Origin: Diplonema japonicum
Lineage: Eukaryota; Protista; Euglenozoa: Diplonemea
DNA: 64,000 bases
Reading direction: 5' to 3'
Assembly: GCA_964019335.1 (NCBI GenBank)
Contig: OZ025654.1
Span: 496,001 to 560,000 of the forward strand
This document shows, in pieces, positions 53,571 to 62,699 of the stretch. The position numbers were made by a program, and so were the translations under genes. Each line of letters starts with the position of its first letter. Positions within the stretch are counted from its first letter, which is position 1. The notes below the pieces were generated by a model, which was not told the origin of the DNA, ran no database searches, and saw only the letters and a list, made by a program, of their open reading frames with translations.

Positions 53571-53618
53571 CTTTGATTGCGATTATTTTGATTAATTCCA
53601 ACCCAAATTACCAGCCCC
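53505..53618 (-). ncRNA. HDV-like self-cleaving ribozyme at the LINE 5' end
   Basis: P1 GGGGCU/GGCCCU with G.U at position 1, P2 CUGGGGA/UCCCCAG, P3 ACC/GGU, L3 UCCACGU, P1.1 CC/GG, P4 UCCCCUCC-CAA-G8A, J4/2 G-CAAAC. Confidence 0.88.
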
Positions 53619-54637
53619 TTTTTAAAAAAAAAAGAAAGCCGAAGTTGCAGCCAGAAATTTTCAGGGCCACTAACTAAGAAGGGAAACTAGGATGGAGATG
53701 AAGAAAAAGAAGAACGAACGTTAGAAGGGAAGGAGAAGGAAAACAAAAAAAGAAAGTTAGGGTATGCAGGGGGGGGGGGGGGAGGGGGGTAAAAAGACAA
53801 AAAAAAGTCGGCTGATTGTGTTGTTCTACTCTTTTAGCAATAACAATTCTTTTCAAAGTTTGTACTTATGTTTAAAAGAAGTGTGTGTAAACAACAATAA
53901 ATTTGATAAATTTCGGAGAATAATAAATAAATAATAATTATATGAGTTAAAGGAGGTCTTTGTGAAACCTCTGAATAAATTCAAAGTCGTGGCAAATGTT
54001 CCAGTGACACATGAACTGCACAAGGGGGCACTGTAGCTTGGCCCTGAAGCCTCCCAAGATCCCCCATGGAAAGAAAGAGTAGAGGAAATTCTTCCTCTTA
54101 CCTTTTTTTTGGGGGGTTTTGGGTTTCTTTTTCTTCTTGTGGAATACCGTCTTTGTTGGCAACGGACAAGCAAGATTAAGTGAAGGAAAGGTATAGCACC
54201 CCATCCTACTGGCGAATCTGCTTTCTTTTCTATTTTTTTTTTTTTTTTTTTTTTTAGAGAAACGTAATAAAATGTAGTTAAAAAAAATTTAAAGGAAGAA
54301 AGAAAAAAAAAAGGATTTCTTGTATTTTCAGGTTTTCCACGAAAGGTGGGTGGTAAGGGAATGGGAGAAGAAATTCTGCCTAAACAAAGGCGCCAATTTC
54401 CTTTTTTTTCCCCGATATTAATAAAAGGCTCATCAAACTCTAAGGAAGAAAACCTATATGGGTCTGGGGGAGTCATTTTTAACAGTTTCGAAAGAATGTG
54501 AAAAAGTCGATCGTTGGGGGGAATAAAAAGAGCTCCTCACAAAGTACTCCTGTGAAGAACCTGCGGCTATAGTCTCGCAGAGGTGGGTTTTTCCTTTTTT
54601 TTTCTCCCCCCTTTAATGATGAACATATCAAAAAAAG

Positions 54638-54675
<38 letters not shown>

Positions 54676-55744
54676 TGTTGAGCATCGTTATGCCTTACAA
54701 CTAATCTTCTTTTGATAGGAACGAAAGGTTTGTACAAAAACAAAAAAGTTTGTTGTGCAAGGCGTTTTCACCAGATTTTTTTTTTTTTTTTTGGATTAAT
54801 GTGGAAAAAAAGAAAAAAAAAATTGTGCGCACGAGACGGGATTTTACCTAATACATTACGCTGCCATCAACTAGTTTGTAGCCTCGACAACAATGTTGTT
54901 AAGACAAAAAAAAAAACAAAAAAAAAAATAAAGGAAAACGGATAAATTATGGAACTCTTTTTTTCGCTTCGAGCAAACCGATTTGGAACTTTTTTCTACC
55001 TTTTTTTCTTTTTGGCTCTTTAGCTGCTACGGGGGGCCAAAAAAAAAAAAAGAAAACTAAAAAGAAATACGAATTTAACCTGTAACGGAGTAAATATGGA
55101 ACAAACGGCGAAAAGTTTTCGGATTTGGAACTTTTCCGTTGTTTCCGTTTCAGATAAGTAATTCAGAAGCATAGCAAATCTTAAGCAGCATGTTATTCTT
55201 CCTCTTTTTTTTTTTTTTTTCCCGTTCCCCCATCTATAAAAAGAAAAAACAAAAAGAAATCAAGGTTTTCTTTTGTGTTCTTTTCTTTTGTTTCTATTTT
55301 TTTTTTTTTTTCCCTCATTTCCCCCTTTTTTTTTTAAAATTATTATTCCTTCTTTATTTTCTTCTCCTTTCCTTTCTGCCCTTCTCGGGAGTTTCACCCC
55401 CCAGAGTGTTCTTAATATCTCAACGTACACCGTCCCAAGGGGAAAGACCCGAGACGAAGGCCAAAAGGAAAGTTCAGAAAAAAAAGAAATGGGAAGAAGA
55501 AAAAAATAGAAAAGAAGTCATCACATGACGGGGGGGAGGGGGCAACTTGGCCACGACAAAAAAAAAATGAGTCAACTGATTTTGTTTATGCAAGCCAGTA
55601 AAAAAAAAAAAAAAAAAGATTAAAAAATTCTGAAAATTCTTTTTTTTTTTTGGGACTTTAGCCATTTTCTTTTTTCGTTCGTGGGGGAAGGTGAAAGGGG
55701 TAGAGCATATATATATATATTTTTTTTTTTTTTTATCTTACCCC

Positions 55745-56101
55745 TTAACCCTTAGTGTCATCCTCAGCGTCTCTCAGGATTTCGCCAAGATGGCAGAAAT
55801 CAGTAGCATCTTGATAACTGACTTCATATTCTTCCTTTGGAGCTGCGACCCTAATTGAAACAGCTGTAGGGGGTAGACGGTGCGACAGGCGGAACTCGCA
55901 AGAATCCCCTACCTTGGGCTCCCTGCCAGGATGATTACGATTGGCCTTTACACTACGAATGTCAAAGTTGAAGTTCCCGTACCTGCTGAACACCACGCTG
56001 CTGTCTTGGTTTATTTCCCCCACTACCCCTCGCACACGGCGCTGCGCCCTGACTAGATGCAGCACCGTGCAGCTCAACCGCTTTTCATCAGTATTGTGCA
56101 T
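55745..56101 (-). CDS. Small protein with a possible cold-shock-like OB fold
   Basis: RGVV...FNFDIRSV...PKVGDSCEFRL...AVSIRV pattern; A-run before ATG. Confidence 0.6.
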   Translation of the reverse strand: MHNTDEKRLSCTVLHLVRAQRRVRGVVGEINQDSSVVFSRYGNFNFDIRSVKANRNHPGREPKVGDSCEFRLSHRLPPTAVSIRVAAPKEEYEVSYQDATDFCHLGEILRDAEDDTKG

Positions 56102-57054
56102 TTCTTTTTTTTTTTTTTTTTTTTTTCCTGTCAATAAAAAAAACCGTTCTGTCATATGGGTGGATTTAAAAAAAAAAAAAAAAAAAAAACTGGGTGAGGT
56201 AAAAGAGGGTAAAGGTAATTTTGTTGCTTTGTTTTGTGCAACCATCAGCATACCTTGTTTCTTCGGTTAAAAAAGGTTATCTTTTGTTGCTATTGTTCGT
56301 GTACGTGCCAGTGTCTGCAGAAAGTTGACAAACAGGGTCGTAAACACGTCAAGAAGAAAAGAGTCGGCTGATTGTTTGTGCAAAGCCGTTTTCACCTACA
56401 GTAGGGGTAAACGGGCAAGCTGCCTCTACTCTTTTTTGCAATAACAATTCTTTTCAAAATTTGTTTACTTGTTCCAGCAAAAAAAAAAAAAAAAAAAAAC
56501 CCTTGACAGGTTTCAACTTGAGCTTTTTTTCAATTTTTTCTTTTCTTTTTTTTTTCTTTTGATTTTGCTTTTTGCCTTTCTTTCTAACCAACGCTCTTCT
56601 TTTGTAGGTTCCATAGGTTTCTAACAAGAAACTCTGGACTAGATATATAAATGAAACGCAATTTGTAATCTTCTGTGAATGACTTTCAAAAAAAAAAAAA
56701 GGGGGATAAGAGGATTGTATTCACCCAGTCAATAAAATCAAAAATAAAATATCAAATCCAAAGACAGAAGACCTCCATACAATAAAAGGGGGAAGAAATG
56801 GTGAAGCGAAGCAAAAAAAAAAAAAAAAAAAAGAATTTGATTTTTCTCACAGCACCAAAAAAAAAAAAAAAAAACATTTTAAAAAAGAGGGGGAACAAAA
56901 AAAAAAAAAAAAAAAAAGGGAGACTGTACGCCCCACAAAAAAAAAAGAAAGCTCGGACAAAAAAAAAAATTGTTGCACAAAAAAAAAAAAAAAAGAATAC
57001 GAACACACGCATGTTTGACAAAAAAAAAAAAAAACAGATACAACAAAAAAACAC

Positions 57055-58962
57055 CTACTCACTCCCACTTCCGGAGTCACCACCTATAGACGAGGCGTAA
57101 GGGGACCCAGGTGAGATATCCGGAATATGCATTTTCACCGCACGGTCGAGAGCCTTCTGAATCGAGATCCTGTTTTTAAGAAGCGGCACGGCCTTCCAAG
57201 TGATGTTCTCACCAACAGAGATCCTCCGGTCCACGATCTTTCTCCCGACTGCTCCCGACGGGAGGTTTTGCATCAACAACCAGTACTCGGAAGGGTACAA
57301 CGGTGGCGTCAAGGTCAGGTCACCCTTGAAATCCTGCAAGAAGATAGTCGACCAGTCCACACCCAAATGGTCAAAAAGCAGCCTGAATGTAGACATTACT
57401 TTCAGAGTTTTTATCATCTCCTCCTTGAGCAGATATTCGGCTAATGACAAGATAAATCCACCTCTCCAACCTCCGCCTTCACGATGCCAGGTTTTAACAG
57501 GCTTCCCAGCTTCACCGCGGTGCGAAAAAAAAAACGGTAGAATATGTGGATTTGTCTGGCAGGTTAAGTTGAATTTACAATTATACGTTCCGAGGAGATG
57601 GCTGAAGGGCATGTCAGATTGGAAAGTACCGTCTCGCATTTGGACTCCGTCGTCGTGGGTTTGTTTTTTTCGAGAAGATAGTTCATCGATAACGTTCATC
57701 CTCTTCGACACGGTGTCGAGGTACGGTTTGTACACATATTCCCCTTTTTCATCCCTCAAAAAACCCCCGTCCGCCCCGCGGGCCCTCTCCACGATCCCTA
57801 TCGACTGCATTAAATACGGGACGGTACAAGAAGCCGCGACAGCGTACATTATCGGAACATCAGGAGCGGTCATGTGAGACAGCATTACAGAAGGGTTGCC
57901 TCTTACCTTGGATTTGACAGGAGTGCATGGTATTACCAATGTTCTTCCTGTTCTGTCGTGGGCTTCCTTAAAAGTTATGTCACCCAGAATTCTTTTGAGG
58001 CTTTCTAAAAAGTCAGTAACTTCGTGGATGTAGCCCTTTTCGAATAGACGTTGACCCATCCACCATTTCGATCCTGGGAATGGGCCGTCTTCACCTCCTA
58101 GCATTTCCGCGATATATGTTGTATCGGAAAAGTCAGCGTGAAGTTCCTCGTCGGTTTTAACACCAACATAAGCGCCAAGAACCGCACCTGCTGACGAACC
58201 TGAAAAGATCTTTGGAAGCATGTTCAAATTTAACAGTGCTTTGATGACACCGAGGTGGTATATCCCGAGCATTGCACCGCCGGAGAGGGAGAATGATGTG
58301 TTTCCGAATTCTGATTTTGCGGTTTTGAGAAATTCGATCCGTTTTTCGATGAGTTGGGGATCGGATGTGGTGTAGGTTGAAATAAATTCGATGCACGCGA
58401 CGGTTTCCTCCACGTACTCTTCGATGAGTTCTTTGGTCCCGCTCCATGTTTTGTTGTACAATGGTAGGTTTAAAATCCCGCCGAAATTCTTAATTAGTAT
58501 CATGCTGTCGAGGAGTGATGTTATGTCCCCGCGTAGCCTGGCTTCCTTGTATTGTGTTAAACATTCTTCGATGAGTTCCGCGTCGTAGTGGCTGGACTCC
58601 TTCTCGTGTTTCCAATGGGTTCTGTTTTCGTGCTCGTCGAGAAGTTTACATGTTTCTTGATATTCCGCATAGTTTTTTGCTTGTTTCCTCTTATCGTGAA
58701 GGGCCTTTCCCTCCTTTGTGTATGATCTCCGTGCAACGGTCATTTCCAGAAACACTACGAAAACTCGTACCAGAATGTACACTGTCACCTCAGCTACTAG
58801 GAGGAGCAGGAGTATAAACCCTAGAGGGAATCTTAGGATTAAGTGGGCGCGGCTGCCTGAGGACTTCATTGTGGCGTACTTCCCTCCGGTTTCCCTAACC
58901 ATGTCGAAGAGGCTGCTTGTTTCGCTGGAGATGCTTGAGGGTTTTGATTTTTTCTTCTCCAT
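57055..58962 (-). CDS. Patatin-like triacylglycerol lipase (SDP1/TGL4 type)
   Basis: FGNTSFSLSGGAMLGIYHLGV, GSSAG, LGDITFKEAHDRTGR, AVAASC, RDG, QTNPHILPF; N-terminal TM. Confidence 0.92.
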   Translation of the reverse strand: MEKKKSKPSSISSETSSLFDMVRETGGKYATMKSSGSRAHLILRFPLGFILLLLLVAEVTVYILVRVFVVFLEMTVARRSYTKEGKALHDKRKQAKNYAEYQETCKLLDEHENRTHWKHEKESSHYDAELIEECLTQYKEARLRGDITSLLDSMILIKNFGGILNLPLYNKTWSGTKELIEEYVEETVACIEFISTYTTSDPQLIEKRIEFLKTAKSEFGNTSFSLSGGAMLGIYHLGVIKALLNLNMLPKIFSGSSAGAVLGAYVGVKTDEELHADFSDTTYIAEMLGGEDGPFPGSKWWMGQRLFEKGYIHEVTDFLESLKRILGDITFKEAHDRTGRTLVIPCTPVKSKVRGNPSVMLSHMTAPDVPIMYAVAASCTVPYLMQSIGIVERARGADGGFLRDEKGEYVYKPYLDTVSKRMNVIDELSSRKKQTHDDGVQMRDGTFQSDMPFSHLLGTYNCKFNLTCQTNPHILPFFFSHRGEAGKPVKTWHREGGGWRGGFILSLAEYLLKEEMIKTLKVMSTFRLLFDHLGVDWSTIFLQDFKGDLTLTPPLYPSEYWLLMQNLPSGAVGRKIVDRRISVGENITWKAVPLLKNRISIQKALDRAVKMHIPDISPGSPYASSIGGDSGSGSE

Positions 58963-59716
58963 TTTTTTTTTTTTCTTTTTGTTTTTTTTTTTTTTTTTAT
59001 ATTGTCCTTGCCCAAAAAATGAAAAAACAAAGGCGGGTTGTACAAAATATAATAAAAAAAAACACCGATTAAAAAAAAGTTCCAAACGTTTCTCGGGCCC
59101 CCCGGATGTTTTTCTTTGTTCCCGTTCATATCTTTTTATCGGTTTTTCTTTTTACAGTAACGTAGGTAAAAATGAAGAATTCACGCATAAAACTCGTTTT
59201 CTTTTTTTTTTGGGAGAGAGACTTTCTTTTTTTTGTTGCTTTCTTAATCCTCCTCTCCCCTATCTTTTTTTCTTTTTTTTAGGAAGCACTTTAGGAACGC
59301 GGTCGCGCTCACCAGCTAGTCCCTCAGCTTCATCCCGGAGAAAAAGAGAAACGAAAGGGGGAGAGAGGGAGCAGAGGGGGTAAAGTAAAAAAAGAAGAAG
59401 GGAATAAACTTATTTTCTATCCCCATTTTCTTCATTTTTATTTTTTAACGCGGCAGTTATGACGAACCTCGCACCTTTTGCAGGAAAAGAAAACAAAACG
59501 ATGAAAAAATAAATTTTAAAAGTTTTACGTTCGATAAATTCGAGTGGGGGGGCACTAAAAACTCTACACCCTTTTCTTTTCCCCTTTTTATGTTCGCTCC
59601 CTGCATAGGGGGAATAAGGAGAATTTGATGTTCGATTCTTTTCTTCTTCCTGTTGACATCACGGACCTAGCCACCGATATATAGTATTCTAATGCGTTCC
59701 TGACACCAGTTCAGTT

Positions 59717-62440
59717 TCAAGCTTGTATATCGGTGATGTATGAATAGTCCACATCTGGGGAGGCCTTGGCCACCTCCATCGGAGAGTCCTTGAAGTCTGC
59801 CGACGACGGGATGGTGAGGCTGGCAGGGGACAGTCCGTCGCAGTGAGCAGTGAGGACGATAGGCTCGGTGGGGCAGGTTGCTGCGTAGGTGACCGGACCA
59901 GACAGGCTGTCGATGCTGGCGGCCATCTCTCTCTCAGGGGAGGTGCAGTCGACGGTGGGCTGCACGAAGACCCTGGCCAGACCCCCGTAGGTCAGGATGG
60001 TCTTCCCTTGGTTGTGCTGCTGGTTCGTTGTTTGCCCGCTCCCGACACCCGTCACCTTTGCAGGCCCTGTCACGCTGAAGGTGACGTTCCTTGCATCCCC
60101 CACAGCAACCCTCCCAGACCCATCAACGAGCTGCACTCTCACCATCGCAAGGTCCAACCCATCGAGGTACAGCTTCTCCCCAGTCCCCGTCGCCTTCGAG
60201 GGGACATCGATCACAAGCTCCATCTCCGTCACAGAACCTGCCATCAGAACTGTGTGTTTCCCCACCACAGACCCGTTCTCCCACCCGAGGAGGGTCGCGT
60301 TCTTCACCCCGCCAGTGGAGACCTGCCACGTCGCGGTGCCGTCAGTGACTTGAATCTTCCCCTTGCTCGCCCCGTCCACAATGAGCTCCGCGTGGCTTGT
60401 CGACGCGACGCAGTCGAAAGACGTCGTCGGGGAGTACGCGTCTCCCAGAAGGTTCAGGATGCGCACAACAGTCGTGTCCCCCGACACGAGCGGGCGGGAC
60501 GGCGAGCTCTGGTTGACCATGGCAAGCCAGTTGTTTCGGTACCACCAAGCGTACGCCTTAGGGAACCCGGCAACGTCGAACTGCCCGAATGTGCACGACA
60601 CAGCAGGCCAGTGCTGCGACTCACCGAAGTAGTCCATCAACGTCCACACACCAATGGACCCAGAGACGTAGGGGAGCAGCCCAGGGGAGTTCTGCTTGTC
60701 TTGGCAAGAGTCCGGGCTCAAACCACGATTGTGCTCGCGATCGGTGGTGCAGGAGCAGCATTCCGAGAGGATCAAAGGTGTAGAGGGGTTTGCCTGATGG
60801 TAGCTGATGAAACTGTTGTTGCCTGCGTGAGAGAACCCAACCATGTCGAGAGACAGGGTGGGGCCCTGCGCGATGGGACCGCTGCCACTGTCCATGTTTG
60901 CTGCTACAGCGCGCTCAGGGTCGTAGAGCTTCGCTGCCTTCCTGAAGGCAACATGCGTTTTGTTTGAGAGAAGCTTGTTGCACTCAAACTCATTGCAGAA
61001 GCTCCACACCATGATGGTGGGGTGGTTCCTGTGGTACTTCACCATGTCCGCCATCTCGTTCTTGTACTCGTACCCGTAGTCCCTGTTCTCGTCCCACGAC
61101 ATGAGCCCCACGTGGGTCAGAACCTCGTACAAGTCGTTGTTGTAAGGGTTGTGCGACATGCGCCAGAAGTTTCCCCCCAAAGCCTTCTGGCTCTGGGCCC
61201 GGAAGAGGGCGAGCCTCGTCGGCATCGCAACCCCGACACCTGCGAAGCTGTTGTGGTGGGAAAACCCGCGAAGCTGCATCTCCTCGTTGTTCAGGTACAG
61301 CTTCTGCTTCCAGTCAACAGTGCGCGCCGCCGTCGTCACGTTCACAGCGTCGCCCGCCATGGACACCAGCACGCGGTAAGTCTTCGGGTTCCGGACGCTC
61401 CACAGCTGCATCGCCGGGGAGGGCAACAGCATGAAGGTGGCGGTTGCAGTCCCCGACAAGGGGAGGCTCAGCAGCGTCGTGTTCTTCGCGAGAACGGAAC
61501 CAGTCGCGTCGTCGTACAAAACAGCCGTGACCTCCTCCTGGGCCGACTTCCCCTCTTGCAGGTTCTCCGCCTCGACAGAAACCTTCAGGTACGTCCCGTC
61601 CGACTGGGGGTTCACAAAGACACCGCCGTGGACAAAGTGGGACTGCGGAACAGACACAAGCCTCACCTGGCGGTAGAGACCACCACCTTCATACCAATGT
61701 CCAGACCCGTACGAAGCGTCCACCCTCATCGAGATCACGTTCTTGGCCCCCGGTCCGTACTGCACAGACGTGATGTTGTCGAGGCGGAGGGTGAATTGTG
61801 TGTACCCACATCGGTGGTCCATGGCGTGCTCCCCGTTGACGTAGATCTCTGTGAAGTGGAAAACACCATCGAAGAAGATGTACACCGTCTGGCCTTGGAA
61901 GTCCTCCGGGAGGGTGAACTCTTTCCTGTACCATGACACGTTTCTGGGGAGGTACCCGTGGTGATTGTCTGTGGAGTTGACGAATGTCTGGTTGATGATG
62001 AAGTCGTGCGGGGCGGAGACAACGGGCCATGCTGATGCATCGTAAGCAACTTCTTTGAAGGTGTAGTCTCGTTGGAAGGGCGTTGATGCAGTGCGCTGCC
62101 CGCCGATCCAGTGCGACGATGCTGGCTGGGAGCACACCGCATCTGCCCCACCGTGGAGGCACGTCCTGTCACCGTCCTGCTGCCACACCATGCACTCTGG
62201 GTTGTAGCAGCATGCGATGTGACAATCACTAGGAGTGAATCTGTTCGGGTTTCTCTCCATGTTTGTACACGTCATCCCGCCCACATCCTTCTCAAACACA
62301 CACCCCCCGGGCCCAGACCCACACCCTTTTGGATCGTCTCCGTAATGAAACCTCCATGCATTCCCAAACGGAACCTCCACTTTGCCCTCTGCGGCCACCA
62401 ATGACACCGCAGCAGATGCCAGTACAATGGATAGCTTCAT
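59717..62440 (-). CDS. Secreted glycoside hydrolase family 2 (beta-galactosidase-like)
   Basis: Signal peptide; PHDF, WYRKEF, FDGV, WYEGGGLYR, RMSHNP, RNHPTIMVWSFCNE, LSEC, WTLMDYFGE, FDVAGFPK. Confidence 0.93.
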   Translation of the reverse strand: MKLSIVLASAAVSLVAAEGKVEVPFGNAWRFHYGDDPKGCGSGPGGCVFEKDVGGMTCTNMERNPNRFTPSDCHIACCYNPECMVWQQDGDRTCLHGGADAVCSQPASSHWIGGQRTASTPFQRDYTFKEVAYDASAWPVVSAPHDFIINQTFVNSTDNHHGYLPRNVSWYRKEFTLPEDFQGQTVYIFFDGVFHFTEIYVNGEHAMDHRCGYTQFTLRLDNITSVQYGPGAKNVISMRVDASYGSGHWYEGGGLYRQVRLVSVPQSHFVHGGVFVNPQSDGTYLKVSVEAENLQEGKSAQEEVTAVLYDDATGSVLAKNTTLLSLPLSGTATATFMLLPSPAMQLWSVRNPKTYRVLVSMAGDAVNVTTAARTVDWKQKLYLNNEEMQLRGFSHHNSFAGVGVAMPTRLALFRAQSQKALGGNFWRMSHNPYNNDLYEVLTHVGLMSWDENRDYGYEYKNEMADMVKYHRNHPTIMVWSFCNEFECNKLLSNKTHVAFRKAAKLYDPERAVAANMDSGSGPIAQGPTLSLDMVGFSHAGNNSFISYHQANPSTPLILSECCSCTTDREHNRGLSPDSCQDKQNSPGLLPYVSGSIGVWTLMDYFGESQHWPAVSCTFGQFDVAGFPKAYAWWYRNNWLAMVNQSSPSRPLVSGDTTVVRILNLLGDAYSPTTSFDCVASTSHAELIVDGASKGKIQVTDGTATWQVSTGGVKNATLLGWENGSVVGKHTVLMAGSVTEMELVIDVPSKATGTGEKLYLDGLDLAMVRVQLVDGSGRVAVGDARNVTFSVTGPAKVTGVGSGQTTNQQHNQGKTILTYGGLARVFVQPTVDCTSPEREMAASIDSLSGPVTYAATCPTEPIVLTAHCDGLSPASLTIPSSADFKDSPMEVAKASPDVDYSYITDIQA

Positions 62441-62699
62441 TCTCCCCCCTTTTTTTCTCCTTATTATTCTTTCTTTTTACAAGAAAATGACCGCCGCGAG
62501 CAAACGAAAAATAGGGAGAAGAAACAAGAAGTCAGAAAAGAAAGAAAGAAACATGGCATGGGAAAAAGGGACTGCTCACGTTAAGCCACTCAGCGCAACA
62601 AAACACAAAAACACGATTCATATTTTTTCCCTCCCATGATAAACACCCCTAACCCTAATGGCCTAATGGGGCACTGAATGAAGTAAAAAAAAAAAAAAA

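Larger units (their letters stand above)
47446..53618 (-). mobile_element. Apparently full-length APE-type non-LTR retrotransposon (LINE family 1), about 6.2 kb
   Basis: 5' HDV-like ribozyme, ORF1, 2A-like peptide, APE, RT, Zn finger, 3' stem-loop; flanks T10AA (5') and T15AA (3') on the sense strand. Confidence 0.95.

Noticed and set aside
47749-53601. 1950-aa ORF as a single real protein
   Set aside because: The first ~580 aa are the -1 shadow of ORF1, start at a non-ATG codon and look low-complexity; ORF1 plus ORF2 fits better
59600-59645. GTTCGATTC tRNA T-loop-like motif
   Set aside because: No cloverleaf stems around it; I identified no tRNA, rRNA or snoRNA in the window
59843-61936. 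Long plus-strand ORFs opposite the GH2, CAP, Patched and LINE genes
   Set aside because: Antisense shadows caused by GC3-rich codon usage; no motifs
62647-62658. ccctaaccctaa telomere-like repeat
   Set aside because: Only two units, at an internal position
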